In this document: positions 9,468 to 22,486 of the stretch, piece by piece
Layout: each line of letters begins with the position of its first letter
Position numbering within the stretch: the stretch's first letter is position 1
Assembly: GCA_023558315.1 (NCBI GenBank)
Contig: JAMJVX010000001.1
Coordinates: forward strand, 1,063-65,062
Origin: Flavobacteriaceae bacterium
Lineage (GTDB): Bacteria > Bacteroidota > Bacteroidia > Flavobacteriales > Flavobacteriaceae
Length of the DNA: 64,000 nucleotides
Direction of reading: 5' to 3'
Notes under the pieces: generated by a model
What the model was told of the DNA's origin: nothing
Databases searched by the model: none
Seen by the model: the letters and a program-made list of their open reading frames with translations, nothing else
Program-made: the position numbers and the translations under genes

Positions 9468-10202
9468 ATGAAAAAAATAATCTTCACCTGCTTGATCTCT
9501 TTGCTCTTATTATCCTGTAATTTTATAAAATATAAGAAGCAAGAAAAACAGTCTAACATTAACAAACATTTTAATTACTCAGAATTTGAATTAAAGACTG
9601 GAGATATTTTGTTTCAAGATATTGATTGTGGACCGTTTTGTGAAGCCATAGAAAAAGTAACAGAAGGGATTTATGGATCAAAATTTTCGCATGTTGGGAT
9701 GGTTATCCCTCAAGAAAATGGAAAATTAATAGTCATAGAAGCCGTCTCTGAGGGAGTCAAACTTACGCCTTTAGATAGTTTTTTTAATCGCTCTTTTGAT
9801 AAAGAAAAGAATAGTAAGGTTGTGGTAGGGAGAGTAAAACAAGAATATAATCATCTCATCACTAAAGCGATAGAATTTTCTCAAACGAAATTAGGTTTGG
9901 CGTATGACGAGGAGTTTAATATTTTAAATAATAAATACTATTGCTCGGAATTAATATACGATTCGTTCAAATATGCAAACGATAATGAGCCTATATTCCA
10001 ACTCCAAAAAATGACCTACAAAGACCCAGAGACAGATAGCCTTTTCCCCATTTGGAAAGACTATTTTGAAAAACTCAATATTGCTGTCCCCGAAGGAGAA
10101 CTCGGATTAAACCCCGGTGGAATGTCCATGAGCGAGTATATAGATATTGTACATTTTTATGGGAAACCGCAGGGGTATGTTGAAAAAAATGTTAGATATT
10201 AG
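9468..10202 (+). CDS. YiiX-like permuted papain/NlpC-P60 superfamily lipoprotein
   Basis: Lipoprotein signal MKKIIFTCLISLLLLSC, then SHVGMV and YYCSELIYDSF (permuted His/Cys arrangement). I prefer the ATG at 9468 to the TTG at 9435 in the ORF track. Confidence 0.55.
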   Translation: MKKIIFTCLISLLLLSCNFIKYKKQEKQSNINKHFNYSEFELKTGDILFQDIDCGPFCEAIEKVTEGIYGSKFSHVGMVIPQENGKLIVIEAVSEGVKLTPLDSFFNRSFDKEKNSKVVVGRVKQEYNHLITKAIEFSQTKLGLAYDEEFNILNNKYYCSELIYDSFKYANDNEPIFQLQKMTYKDPETDSLFPIWKDYFEKLNIAVPEGELGLNPGGMSMSEYIDIVHFYGKPQGYVEKNVRY

Positions 10203-10278
10203 AATAAAGTTTAGACTTAATGCTTTAATTTGTAATATATAATCATATATTATATATAACTATTTAAAAAAATAAATC

Positions 10279-10785
10279 ATGAAAATAAAAAAAACAGCAA
10301 TAATTATAGCATTATTTGTTATTGGAGTATCGAATGCCTTCTCACAAATTAAAAACGATTCTATTGTCATGAAGAAAAGAGCAAAAGGTGCAGGTTATGT
10401 TTACTATCAAAACGAAAAATTGTTAACTATTGATGACCTTGTTAAAATTATGAAGAACAATGAACAAGCATATAAGCAAATAAAATCAGTTGCAATAACA
10501 TATACCGTAGTAATGGGGCTTGCTCAAATAGGAGGTGGTTTGGCAGGATGGGGTGTTGGTAACGCTATAAGTAGTGGCGACTCGACAAGTTGGACGGTAG
10601 CTGCAATTGGAGCAGGAATTGTTATAATAGCATTTCCTATTGGTAGTGGAATTGATAAAAATACTAAACAAGCAGTTGAAACCTATAACAAAGGACTGCA
10701 AAAACGTACAAGTTCCATTTGGGATAAAAAACAATTAAATTTAGTAGTTACAAATAACGGAATTGGGCTAAAAATGAATTTCTAA
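10279..10785 (+). CDS. hypothetical membrane protein with Gly-zipper segment
   Basis: Signal peptide plus glycine-rich hydrophobic stretches (GLAQIGGGLAGWGVGNAI, AAIGAGIVIIAFPIGSGI). Confidence 0.45.
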   Translation: MKIKKTAIIIALFVIGVSNAFSQIKNDSIVMKKRAKGAGYVYYQNEKLLTIDDLVKIMKNNEQAYKQIKSVAITYTVVMGLAQIGGGLAGWGVGNAISSGDSTSWTVAAIGAGIVIIAFPIGSGIDKNTKQAVETYNKGLQKRTSSIWDKKQLNLVVTNNGIGLKMNF

Positions 10786-10826
10786 AAACAATTATCTAGA
10801 ATTTAATAATCCAAGAATAATATTTA

Positions 10827-12092
10827 GTGCTAAAAAAAACTACCCTCCTCTTCCTTCTAATAACCTTTATGGGGTATTCCCAAGATTGGACAAGACGGCA
10901 TGCGTTTGCAAAAAGTTATTTTGGTATAAGCAATTTCATCGTTCCAACCTTAGGGGATGGAAAATATCTCTCCACTACAAATGATATTGCATCTTTTGAG
11001 AAAAATGGATTTATATCTCCTTCTATCAATATTGGAGCTACGCATTTTTGGGGACACGCTGATTTTTATATTTCTATAAATACTAGAAGTATAAAATTTG
11101 AAAATGATAAGATAGAGAATGATTACAGACTAGGAACGTTTACAGGATTGCGAATTTATCCTTGGGCGACAAAACCCTCAAACCTTAGACCTTATGTAGG
11201 ATATAAATTTTCTCCCTTTAGGTATAAACAGGGAGATTCCCCTGAGAATACTTTTAGATTTACTCGAGTACACTCCGTTTTTGATGTGGGAATAGCCTAT
11301 CAATTGCCTAGTTTTTATTTTACTTTAGAATATGGTAGGGTGTTGAACCCCTCATTTAATACTTACTTATCTAGAAATGTTACAGATTCAGATGCCTTTC
11401 CAAATGATATATTTCAACTTGGAGTTAATTATACCATAGAAACTACTGGAACAGCAAATGCAGATGTAAATAAAGAATTAAACAATGAATTTTCTAAATC
11501 AAATTTAAATGGGTTGTTTTTTGGGATTGGACCTTCTGCAACCTTCCCTATAGGTACTTCTAGTTATATTGAAAATAAGTATCCCTTCTTAGACGACAAA
11601 TCATTTCCTGTCATCTTCCCAGATGTCGCTTTCGGATATCACTTCACAAAGTCAGATATCATCACCGCACTTTCATTTAGACCTATAAATCAAGAAAGGG
11701 AAGCATATAATTTTTCTCAAAATATAAATCGTAATAGCTTTATTTTAGAAGCATATAAGTTTGTGGGTGATTATCACGGTTTTGTACCATATATTGGAGT
11801 TGGTGTCGGATATGAAAAAATAAAATTTACAGAATTTGATGCTGATATTCAAATAAGCAATCTATCAAAAGACTTTATTTCTCCTGCTGTGGTTTTTGGG
11901 TGGGATATTCGCCCAAGTGAAAAAGGGGATTTTTGGGTATTGAGAACAAATTTGAGGTATTATCCTTTTTTAACATTTGAAAAAGATAGTTTTACATTAA
12001 GTTTACAACATTTAGAGTTTAATTTTATTCAATTTGTAATCTATCCACAACGATTGGCAAGGACAAAAAAAATAACCCTAAATAAAAGATAA
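10827..12092 (+). CDS. hypothetical outer-membrane beta-barrel-like protein
   Basis: GTG start and signal peptide LKKTTLLFLLITFMGYSQ. Aromatic/Gly residues alternate in a strand-like pattern throughout. Confidence 0.45.
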   Translation: MLKKTTLLFLLITFMGYSQDWTRRHAFAKSYFGISNFIVPTLGDGKYLSTTNDIASFEKNGFISPSINIGATHFWGHADFYISINTRSIKFENDKIENDYRLGTFTGLRIYPWATKPSNLRPYVGYKFSPFRYKQGDSPENTFRFTRVHSVFDVGIAYQLPSFYFTLEYGRVLNPSFNTYLSRNVTDSDAFPNDIFQLGVNYTIETTGTANADVNKELNNEFSKSNLNGLFFGIGPSATFPIGTSSYIENKYPFLDDKSFPVIFPDVAFGYHFTKSDIITALSFRPINQEREAYNFSQNINRNSFILEAYKFVGDYHGFVPYIGVGVGYEKIKFTEFDADIQISNLSKDFISPAVVFGWDIRPSEKGDFWVLRTNLRYYPFLTFEKDSFTLSLQHLEFNFIQFVIYPQRLARTKKITLNKR

Positions 12093-12097
12093 ATACT

Positions 12098-12307
12098 ATG
12101 AAAAGTTATGAAAGAATTTTTACAGGCTCTGTAGTAGAAGTGCTAAAAATAAAAGAGGTATTAGCTCAAAAAAATATAGTACCCGTAATCAAAGATAATG
12201 CAGAATCGGCTAGACTCGCTGGCTTTGGTGCGCCCCCAAATCTACAACAAGTTTTTGTGCATATTGATGAGTTAGAAGTAGCGAAAAAATTGTTAGATAG
12301 TATCTAA
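12098..12307 (+). CDS. DUF2007-like small putative signal-transducing protein
   Basis: 69 aa. Pattern IFTGSVVEVLKIKEVLAQKNIVPVIKD...VFVHIDELEVAKKLL. Confidence 0.5.
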   Translation: MKSYERIFTGSVVEVLKIKEVLAQKNIVPVIKDNAESARLAGFGAPPNLQQVFVHIDELEVAKKLLDSI

Positions 12308-12312
12308 AAAAA

Positions 12313-14360
<2,048 letters not shown>

Positions 14361-14377
14361 AGTATTTCAAAGAGGCG

Positions 14378-14385
14378 CAAAATTA
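14378..14385 (-). promoter_or_regulatory. -7 box (TAATTTTG on the minus strand) for ssrA
   Basis: Exact TAnnTTTG match 18 nt upstream of the mature tmRNA 5' end. Confidence 0.45.
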
Positions 14386-14633
14386 AAACATATTTTTATA
14401 ATAATCTAAACATTTATAGGATAAACGATAAAACTTCTAATTCTCAAACCTAATAGTAAACCTTTCCCTATAACTTTCACTTCCTTTTGTGAAAACTACT
14501 TCTACAACTAACCTATCTCCAGAGACTGGATTTGTTCCAGAACTAGAGCGAACCACATCACAACTTGCACCACTTGTTTTCTCCAAGCGTTTGTGCTTGT
14601 ATTCCCTGATGTAAAATAAATTAATTATTGTTT

Positions 14634-15149
14634 TTAAATCTGTAGATTTCCAATTTGCTCATATCCAGGTAATTTCATTTTATAGAACATATCTACTATT
14701 AATAAAATATCAATATCCCCTTCTGTCCAAATTAAAATAGATTCATTGTCACTATTTAATACGTTTATAAGTATAACTAATCTATTAACAATGTTTTCGT
14801 TTGGCGATGTAGTATATATAGAAACTAAATTATTATTTTCTTTGACTCTTGCCATTTCCTCCAATTGATATTCTTTCAAATTACTATGCATCCAATTCTC
14901 AACTCCTTTACTGATATTAATATCTTTAGTTTCTAATACTTTAAATTTTGTAATGGATTTTACCATCGTCACTAAATCCTTTTTATCCTCATCATTGAAC
15001 ATAATTTCTCCAAACATTTGAAACATAGGTGGGGTAATAGAAACATAATTCACTGATGGGTTTTCCGAATGGGTAGTAAATATTTCTTGACTATAAGTAT
15101 GCATAATACTTATACATGCAAAAAATAAAGAATAGGTACATTTTTTCAT
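14634..15149 (-). CDS. DUF4252-like secreted protein
   Basis: Signal peptide MKKCTYSLFFACISIMHTYSQ. The layout VSITPPMFQMF...KSITKFKVLET...LEEMARVKENNNLVSIYT...KMKLPG resembles DUF4252. I prefer the ATG at 15149 because a -7 box covers the TTG start at 15176 given in the ORF track. Confidence 0.5.
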   Translation of the reverse strand: MKKCTYSLFFACISIMHTYSQEIFTTHSENPSVNYVSITPPMFQMFGEIMFNDEDKKDLVTMVKSITKFKVLETKDINISKGVENWMHSNLKEYQLEEMARVKENNNLVSIYTTSPNENIVNRLVILINVLNSDNESILIWTEGDIDILLIVDMFYKMKLPGYEQIGNLQI

Positions 15150-15173
15150 ACTTAATTTTTTATTATAAAAAAA

Positions 15174-15181
15174 CAAAAATA
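15174..15181 (-). promoter_or_regulatory. -7 box (TATTTTTG on the minus strand)
   Basis: Exact TAnnTTTG match 25 nt upstream of the ATG at 15149. Confidence 0.4.
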
Positions 15182-15196
15182 CGGATTTTAATCCTA

Positions 15197-16213
15197 TTAA
15201 GACATTCTTGAATAAGGAGAATGAGTAATTGATGATTTTTTATTTTCTTTATATTTCAAATATCCAACCATAGCTATCATTGCAGCGTTATCTGTAGTGT
15301 ATTCTATTGGAGGAATATAAACATTCCAACCTTCCTTCTTTTCTTTCTCTAATAGGATTTCTCTTAACTTAGAGTTAGCAGAAACTCCACCGCCAATTAC
15401 CACTCTATTATTGTTTTTTTCTAGTACAGCTTTCTCAATCTTTTTCATACTTATTTTAATTAAAGTATCTTGAACAGAAGCGCAAATATCATTAATATTT
15501 TCATTAATAAAATTTGAATTTTGCTGTGTGTTTTTATGCAAAAAATTAATTACAGCAGTTTTAATCCCACTATAACTTACATTCAAATCAGGTGTTTTTG
15601 GAATAGGAAAAGAAAAACGTGTCGCATTCCCTTTTTTTGCTAGTTTGTCAATTTTAACTCCCGCTGGGTAACCAAGTCCAATTTTTTTTCCAATTTTATC
15701 AAACGCTTCCCCAATTGCATCATCCAAAGTTGTACCAATTATTTTCATTTCAAAATAACTTTCAACCCAAATAATCTGCGTATGGCCTCCCGACAGCACT
15801 ACTCCTATAAAAGGAAATATAGGTTTACTTAATTGATTGTTTTCAATAAAATGCACTAGTATATGCGCATGTATGTGATTTACATCTATTAAAGGAATAT
15901 CTAACGTTAAAGAAAGTGATTTTGCAAAAGAACTTCCGACTAGTAAAGAACCTAGCAATCCAGGCCCTTGAGTATATGCAATAGCTGATATTTCATTTTT
16001 ATGAATATTTGCCTCTCTAATTGCTTGATGAATAGTAGGGATTATATTTTGTTGATGTTTTCTAGAAGCTAATTCTGGAACAACTCCGCCATATTTTTCA
16101 TGAATTGATTGATTGGCTATAATATTTGATTTTATTTTTCCGTTTTCTAATATTGCTGCTGCTGTTTCATCACATGAAGATTCTATCCCTAAAATGAGTA
16201 CTTTTTTATTCAA
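15197..16213 (-). CDS. tsaD: tRNA N6-adenosine threonylcarbamoyltransferase
   Basis: ILGIESSCDETAAAI, HIHAHILV (metal-binding His pair), and GGGVSANSKLRE. A TTG start is required to include the conserved N-terminus. Confidence 0.9.
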   Translation of the reverse strand: MNKKVLILGIESSCDETAAAILENGKIKSNIIANQSIHEKYGGVVPELASRKHQQNIIPTIHQAIREANIHKNEISAIAYTQGPGLLGSLLVGSSFAKSLSLTLDIPLIDVNHIHAHILVHFIENNQLSKPIFPFIGVVLSGGHTQIIWVESYFEMKIIGTTLDDAIGEAFDKIGKKIGLGYPAGVKIDKLAKKGNATRFSFPIPKTPDLNVSYSGIKTAVINFLHKNTQQNSNFINENINDICASVQDTLIKISMKKIEKAVLEKNNNRVVIGGGVSANSKLREILLEKEKKEGWNVYIPPIEYTTDNAAMIAMVGYLKYKENKKSSITHSPYSRMS

Positions 16214-16230
16214 AATTGATAAAATATATC

Positions 16231-16238
16231 TAATTTTG
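16231..16238 (+). promoter_or_regulatory. -7 box TAATTTTG for the tamB-like gene
   Basis: Exact TAnnTTTG match 28 nt upstream of the proposed ATA start at 16267. It overlaps the in-frame stop codon TAA at 16231..16233. Confidence 0.4.
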
Positions 16239-16266
16239 CAAACTAAGTCATAAAAGCAGAAAGAAA

Positions 16267-19200
16267 ATAAAAAAATTCGGAAAAATATTAACGATATTCA
16301 TTAGTTTAACACTAATTATTTTTCTTTTTTGCTATGCTATTATCTCACATTCTTTTTTTCAAACATACTTAACAAAAGCAATAATAAACTATACAAATAA
16401 AAATTACAATACAAATATTTTTATTGACGAAACGTATATAAGTATCTTAGGAAAAATTAATCTAGAAGAAGTTCATTTAAAAAACAAGAAAAACAATGAC
16501 ACTGTCTTTTTCGCTAAAGAAATAAGTACAAATATTGGTGCTCTAAGGCAAATTTTTAAGAAAAATATAAATTTAAATAATATAAAACTTAAAGAAGGTT
16601 TCGCCAAAATACAAGTAAATCAAAAATTACAAAAAACGGGTGATTCAATTGTAAGAGATAAGAATAATATTGATTTTTTTATATCTGTTAAAAAAATTAA
16701 TCTTACTGATTTTAATTTATTTGTTGAACAAAGAATTGATACTGTACAAAAATCATATGTATTTGAAGATATAAATGGCACCTTTTTAAATTTTCTAACT
16801 ACAGAGAATAGATTTAAAAAAATTTCAATTAAAAGTCTAAAATTTAAAAAAAGAGATTCAAATAATAAATCAGAGGTAAAAGCAGATTTTTATTTTCCCA
16901 CTAACAATAGCATTAAAGTTTCAAATTTCTATTTAAAAAGAGAGAAATCCTTGATAGAAGGTAATTTAATTATAAATAATTTTAATCAGCCTAAAAAAAC
17001 CAATTTTATTAGTGCCCTGAATTCCTCCTATTTTAATTTAAAAGATTTTCAATTCATTTCTTCTTTTTATCCCCAAATTCGTAGTATAGATACTTTAGAT
17101 TTAAAGGGTAGTTTTAATCTTGTTATGGAGGGCAACGATGAAGAAATATCATTTAAACGTTGTTCTATTAACACAAATTACTTTAAATACCTAGGAGAAT
17201 TAGCGCTTTCAAATAAAAATAATTATAATTTAAAAATTGATAATGCTCAAGTCTATTCAGCTAAAATAAAGCCATTACTTCCTTTAATAACTCCTAACTT
17301 ACAGGCAGAATACCAAAATATATTAGATGAAATTGACACGCTAAATTTCAATGGTATAATGGGAATTTCAAAAGAATATAAAGACATCGTGTTAGCCGTA
17401 TTATTCAAAGATAAAGGAAGTGTTAAATTAGACATACACCACGAAACAGTAAAGCATAAAAATGAATTTATTAATGGAAGTATAGAAGTTTCTAATTTTG
17501 ATTTATCCCCATTTATGAAAGACTCAAAACTTGGAAAAATAAAAGGAGTATTCAAATTTAGCGGGAATAGAAAAGACAAAGACAGTTCAATTGAATCTGC
17601 AATTAATAGCAGTGTAGATTATGTATATTATGATAATTTTCTTATACAAAACATTGAATTTGATTTAGAGAAAAAATCAAATCTCATTAAAGGAAAGGGA
17701 CAAGTTAATAATAAATTTATTGACATTCTATTTTCAGGTAATGTTAACATTAAGAACAAAACTAATTTATGGGATGTTAATGCAAACATAAAAAAATTAA
17801 ACCTAGAAAAATTAGGAATAAAAGAAGGGACTGTGCTTAAAACTAAATTATTTCTTGTTGCTAAAACAGGCGATGATATTAATGACATTGAAGCAAATAT
17901 TAATTTAAAAAACATCAATTATCTTTCTAAAAAAGATGGGAATTTTTATTCATACGGAGATTTATTGTTTGAAACGAATTTATCTAATAATATTCGTACT
18001 ATACAATTAAATGCTCCAAAAATTGCCGAAGGAAAGATAACTGGGAAGTATAATCTAATAGATTTGTATCCATTATTACAAAATGGTGTAAGCACTCATT
18101 ATGATTTTATACAACCTAAGAAATTGCAAAATAAAAATCAAAATTTTAAATATGATTTAACAATCAATGGCGTATTTTTTGAAAATTTCTCTTCTAATAT
18201 TTACATCTCTAAAAATTCATTTTTAAAAGGGGAATTGAATTACACAAACAATTATCAATTTATTGCAAAATTAAACACACCAAAACTTAAGATAAAGAAT
18301 CAAAAGTTTACCAACTTGGATATTGACATTACTCCTTTCAATGAAGTTTATAATAGCAAAATAACAGTAGACACTATTGATGTAAATGAAGTTAAACTTT
18401 CTAAATTTAATCTAACGAGCAGACAAAAAGAAGACACTCTTTACGTCAAAACAAGTTTTGATGAAAGTAAATTATATAAAAATATTAAATTAAATTTTTA
18501 TCAAACAAAAACTACAAATAAAGAAATAGTATTTGGTTTAAATAATTCTCAATTTATATACCAAGATAATCAGTGGAAAATTAACCCTACTAATGATTTT
18601 AAACATACTTTAATTTATGACACTCGTACTATTTATAGTGAAAATCCAATAATTATTAGAAATAAAAATAAACTCATCTCTTTAAACGGGAGATTTAACA
18701 ATGAAGATAATTTTAACATTGATGTTTCAACCAAAGATATTTATCTTAAAGATTTGTTAACTTTTAAAAAAGGTTTGATTTTAGAAGGGAAAATAAATGG
18801 CGATTTTAACTTAAATAAGTTAGGTCCAAAGAAAAATATAAATTTAAACTTAAATGTAGATTCTTTTGTGTTTAACGACATTTTAATGGGTGATGTAAGT
18901 ATTAAATCTATTGCAAACAATATACGTTCTAACTCATATCCAATAGAAGTAGATCTTGTAAAAGACCAAGAAAATATAGTAAATGGAAAAGGAAATATCA
19001 CATTAACAAAACCTTTTCCTGTTATTGATATCGATGCAAAAGCGAATGATTTTAATTTAGGATTTATCTCTAACATGATACTTAACAAAGAAGTAACTGA
19101 CATAAGCGGATTAGCCTCTGGAGATATAAATATAAGTGGATCTATTGATGATATAAATTTTGAAGGCGATGCTGTTTTAAGAGAAGGAGGGCTAAGAATT

Positions 19201-20631
19201 AATTATACAAATACTCATTATAGTTTTGAAGAAAATGCTTCCGTTAAATTAACAAATAAATCCTTTATTTTTCCTAAACTAAAAGTTAGAGATAAGCTTT
19301 ATGAAACAGAAGGGGAATTATTCGGCTCTTTAACTTATTATAAAACATTTGTTGATTGGGATTTTGATTTGACTGTAGAGACGAAACGACTTCTTGGTCT
19401 TAATACAAAACCAAAACTTAATTCTCTCTATTATGGAACCGCTTTTTTAGATGGGAGTGCTACCTTAAAAGGGTCTTTAAATAATTTATTCTTAAATGTT
19501 GAGGGCACCTCACAAGAAGGGACTTTTATTAAAATTTTACTTCGTGATAGCCAAAACAAATTAGTAGATACCTCCTTTATTAATTTTATAGATAAAAATA
19601 GTACAACTACAAGTACTCCTAAAATTAACTCAAAATCAGATGGCGGCATTTCTGTACGATGTGATTTCAATGTTAATAGAAATGCAAAACTAGAAATTGT
19701 AACTAACTTGAGTACTAATAGTAATTTTAGTGGTATTGGAAATGGGAATATTTTAATTGAAACAAGTGATATATATAGAATAGGTCTTTGGGGAGACTTT
19801 ATAATTTCTGAAGGACTATATGATTTTAATAGATTAGGAATAAATAAAAAATTTAAAATTTCTCCTAATAGCACGATATCATGGAGAGGAGACCCATATG
19901 ATGCAAACATGAATATCCAAGCAATATACGATGTGCCAGGGGGGGCTAATCCAATTGTTTTATTAGATGACCCTACATTTAATAAGAAGCTTCCAACTCA
20001 AGTTAAAACTAGCTTACGGGGTAATATTTTTAAACCTGAAAATCCTATATTTGAAATTACTTTTCCAAATTTAGATAAAAATATAGCAGAAGGAATAAGA
20101 TATAGATTATTAGACCAAGAACAAATGCAGCTACAAGCAATTTCACTTTTGTCGCAAGGTTTTTTTATAAATGATGTATCCTTATCTTTAGAAGGGTTAT
20201 TATTAAATACACTCTCTCAAACAGCAACCTCAAAACTGTTTGACTCTTTTATTTCTAATGGTGATGATGAAAAAATGCAACTAGAATTAAATGTTTCTTT
20301 AGATGACAATTCTCTTGTTGAAACGGTATTAAACAACGAATTAGATAATCGTGTAGGATTAAATTTAACAACTGAAATAAGTGATAAAATTCTTATTAAT
20401 GGTAATTTTGGAGTTCCAACTACTAGTGTAGATGACAATGCAATAATTTTTGGAAATGTACAGATAGATTTTATCTTAAATGATAAAAGAACTTTAAAAG
20501 CGAAAGTGTTTAATAGAGAAAATGAACTAAGAGTCCTTGAAAATGAAATAGGATATACTCAAGGAGTTGGACTTTCTTACCAACTCAATTTTAATAAAAT
20601 AAATTTATCAAATAAAACTGAAAAAGAATAA
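16267..20631 (+). CDS. tamB: translocation/assembly module TamB-like protein (start codon uncertain)
   Basis: Very long beta-rich protein with a DUF490-like C-terminus ([24 protein letters not shown]...[13 protein letters not shown]), arranged divergently from tsaD. The reading frame is open from 16234. It encodes [26 protein letters not shown] (basic N-terminus plus TM anchor) before the TTG at 16951 used by the ORF track. Confidence 0.6.
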   Translation: MKKFGKILTIFISLTLIIFLFCYAIISHSFFQTYLTKAIINYTNKNYNTNIFIDETYISILGKINLEEVHLKNKKNNDTVFFAKEISTNIGALRQIFKKNINLNNIKLKEGFAKIQVNQKLQKTGDSIVRDKNNIDFFISVKKINLTDFNLFVEQRIDTVQKSYVFEDINGTFLNFLTTENRFKKISIKSLKFKKRDSNNKSEVKADFYFPTNNSIKVSNFYLKREKSLIEGNLIINNFNQPKKTNFISALNSSYFNLKDFQFISSFYPQIRSIDTLDLKGSFNLVMEGNDEEISFKRCSINTNYFKYLGELALSNKNNYNLKIDNAQVYSAKIKPLLPLITPNLQAEYQNILDEIDTLNFNGIMGISKEYKDIVLAVLFKDKGSVKLDIHHETVKHKNEFINGSIEVSNFDLSPFMKDSKLGKIKGVFKFSGNRKDKDSSIESAINSSVDYVYYDNFLIQNIEFDLEKKSNLIKGKGQVNNKFIDILFSGNVNIKNKTNLWDVNANIKKLNLEKLGIKEGTVLKTKLFLVAKTGDDINDIEANINLKNINYLSKKDGNFYSYGDLLFETNLSNNIRTIQLNAPKIAEGKITGKYNLIDLYPLLQNGVSTHYDFIQPKKLQNKNQNFKYDLTINGVFFENFSSNIYISKNSFLKGELNYTNNYQFIAKLNTPKLKIKNQKFTNLDIDITPFNEVYNSKITVDTIDVNEVKLSKFNLTSRQKEDTLYVKTSFDESKLYKNIKLNFYQTKTTNKEIVFGLNNSQFIYQDNQWKINPTNDFKHTLIYDTRTIYSENPIIIRNKNKLISLNGRFNNEDNFNIDVSTKDIYLKDLLTFKKGLILEGKINGDFNLNKLGPKKNINLNLNVDSFVFNDILMGDVSIKSIANNIRSNSYPIEVDLVKDQENIVNGKGNITLTKPFPVIDIDAKANDFNLGFISNMILNKEVTDISGLASGDINISGSIDDINFEGDAVLREGGLRINYTNTHYSFEENASVKLTNKSFIFPKLKVRDKLYETEGELFGSLTYYKTFVDWDFDLTVETKRLLGLNTKPKLNSLYYGTAFLDGSATLKGSLNNLFLNVEGTSQEGTFIKILLRDSQNKLVDTSFINFIDKNSTTTSTPKINSKSDGGISVRCDFNVNRNAKLEIVTNLSTNSNFSGIGNGNILIETSDIYRIGLWGDFIISEGLYDFNRLGINKKFKISPNSTISWRGDPYDANMNIQAIYDVPGGANPIVLLDDPTFNKKLPTQVKTSLRGNIFKPENPIFEITFPNLDKNIAEGIRYRLLDQEQMQLQAISLLSQGFFINDVSLSLEGLLLNTLSQTATSKLFDSFISNGDDEKMQLELNVSLDDNSLVETVLNNELDNRVGLNLTTEISDKILINGNFGVPTTSVDDNAIIFGNVQIDFILNDKRTLKAKVFNRENELRVLENEIGYTQGVGLSYQLNFNKINLSNKTEKE

Positions 20632-20635
20632 AGTA

Positions 20636-22027
20636 ATGAACTATCGTATAGAAAAAGATACAATCGGAGATGTTAAAATATCTAATGAAAACCTTTGGGG
20701 AGCACAAACTGAAAGGTCAAAACAAAATTTTAAAATAGGTGCTTCTGCCTCAATGCCTTTCGAAATTATTGAGGGTTTTGCTTATTTAAAAAAAGCATCC
20801 GCATTTGCAAATTATGATTTAGGTGTTTTAGATAAAAATAAAAAGGAATTAATTGCTCAAGTGTGTGATGAAATTTTAGAAGGAAAACATAAACAAGAAT
20901 TTCCTTTGGTTATTTGGCAAACAGGCTCAGGCACTCAAAGTAATATGAATGTCAATGAAGTAATTTCCAACAGAGCACAAATATTAAAAGGTTTAACACT
21001 TAATAAAGAAAAAATAATACATCCTAATGATGATGTAAATAAATCACAATCTTCGAATGATACTTTTCCTACAGCAATGCACATTGCTGGGTATAAAAAA
21101 ATAATAGAAGTAACAATTCCAGGTATAGAAAAACTTAAAGATTACCTAAAAGAAAAATCCAAAGAATTTACATCTATTGTTAAAATTGGGAGAACACATC
21201 TTATGGATGCTACTCCAATAACCTTAGGGCAAGAGTTTTCAGGTTATGTCGCTCAATTAGAATATGGAATAAAAAGTTTAAAATTCTCCTTAAAACATCT
21301 TTTAGAAATCGCATTAGGAGGTACTGCTGTTGGTACTGGAATTAATACTCCAAAAGGGTATTCCGAAAAAGTAGCTGACTACATTAGCAATTTCACAAAT
21401 ATGCCTTTTGTTAGTGCGCCAAATAAATTTGAAGCACTTTCTGCAAATGATGCTATAGTCGAAACTCACGCCTCGTTAAAACAATTAGCTGTATCTATAA
21501 ATAAAATAGCCAATGATTTGCGAATGTTATCCTCTGGACCAAGATCTGGGATTGGAGAATTAATGATGCCTTCAAATGAACCAGGAAGTTCTATTATGCC
21601 AGGAAAAGTTAATCCTACTCAATGTGAAGCAATTACAATGGTATGTGCTCAAGTTATGGGGAATGATGTAGCGATAACTATTGGAGGAACTCAAGGACAT
21701 TATCAATTAAATGTATTTAAGCCTTTACTTGCTTTTAACTTTTTACAATCTGCACAATTATTAGGAGATGCATGTGTTAGTTTTGCCGAAAATTGCATCA
21801 AAGGAATTACTCCAAATAAAAAACGAATCAAAGAACTTGTCAATAATTCGTTAATGTTAGTTACCGCCTTAAATCCTAAAATAGGATATTTTAAAGCTGC
21901 AGAAATAGCTAAAAAAGCGCATAAAGAAGGTACTAGTCTTAAAGAGGCAGCCCTATCTTTAGAATACCTAAATCAAGAAGAGTTTGACAAATGGGTAGTT
22001 CCTGAAAATATGACAAACTCCAAGTAG
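20636..22027 (+). CDS. fumC: class II fumarate hydratase
   Basis: Signature [16 protein letters not shown], plus [16 protein letters not shown] and [14 protein letters not shown]. Confidence 0.92.
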   Translation: MNYRIEKDTIGDVKISNENLWGAQTERSKQNFKIGASASMPFEIIEGFAYLKKASAFANYDLGVLDKNKKELIAQVCDEILEGKHKQEFPLVIWQTGSGTQSNMNVNEVISNRAQILKGLTLNKEKIIHPNDDVNKSQSSNDTFPTAMHIAGYKKIIEVTIPGIEKLKDYLKEKSKEFTSIVKIGRTHLMDATPITLGQEFSGYVAQLEYGIKSLKFSLKHLLEIALGGTAVGTGINTPKGYSEKVADYISNFTNMPFVSAPNKFEALSANDAIVETHASLKQLAVSINKIANDLRMLSSGPRSGIGELMMPSNEPGSSIMPGKVNPTQCEAITMVCAQVMGNDVAITIGGTQGHYQLNVFKPLLAFNFLQSAQLLGDACVSFAENCIKGITPNKKRIKELVNNSLMLVTALNPKIGYFKAAEIAKKAHKEGTSLKEAALSLEYLNQEEFDKWVVPENMTNSK

Positions 22028-22030
22028 GAT

Positions 22031-22486
22031 ATGGCTATAGTTGAGTTTAAAGAGATTTATTCTAAAGACTTCCAAAAACTTAATGAAGAATGGTTGGTTA
22101 AAGATTTTGTGATAGAACCCTATGATAAAAAGCTTCTAGAAAACTGCAAAGAATTTATTATAGATAAAGGTGGGCATATCTTTTTTTATAAATTTGAAAA
22201 TAAAATTATAGGTACTGTCGCATTATTATATTTAAACAAAGGGGTATACGAAATAAGTAAAATGGCCGTATCTACTGCTTATCGAGGCAAAGGTTTTGGA
22301 AAGGAAATGTTAAAATTTATAATTGAATTTTCTAAAAAAAATAAATATACAGAGTTATTAATTTATTCTAGTAGGATATTAAATACCGCTATAAATTTGT
22401 ATAGAAAAATGGGGTTTAAAGAAATCTCTCTTGAAAAAAATACTCCCTATAAACGGGCGGATATAAAAATGATAATGAAATTTTAA
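22031..22486 (+). CDS. GNAT family N-acetyltransferase
   Basis: Acetyl-CoA loop YRGKGFGKEML and C-terminal AINLYRKMGF. 151 aa. Confidence 0.7.
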   Translation: MAIVEFKEIYSKDFQKLNEEWLVKDFVIEPYDKKLLENCKEFIIDKGGHIFFYKFENKIIGTVALLYLNKGVYEISKMAVSTAYRGKGFGKEMLKFIIEFSKKNKYTELLIYSSRILNTAINLYRKMGFKEISLEKNTPYKRADIKMIMKF

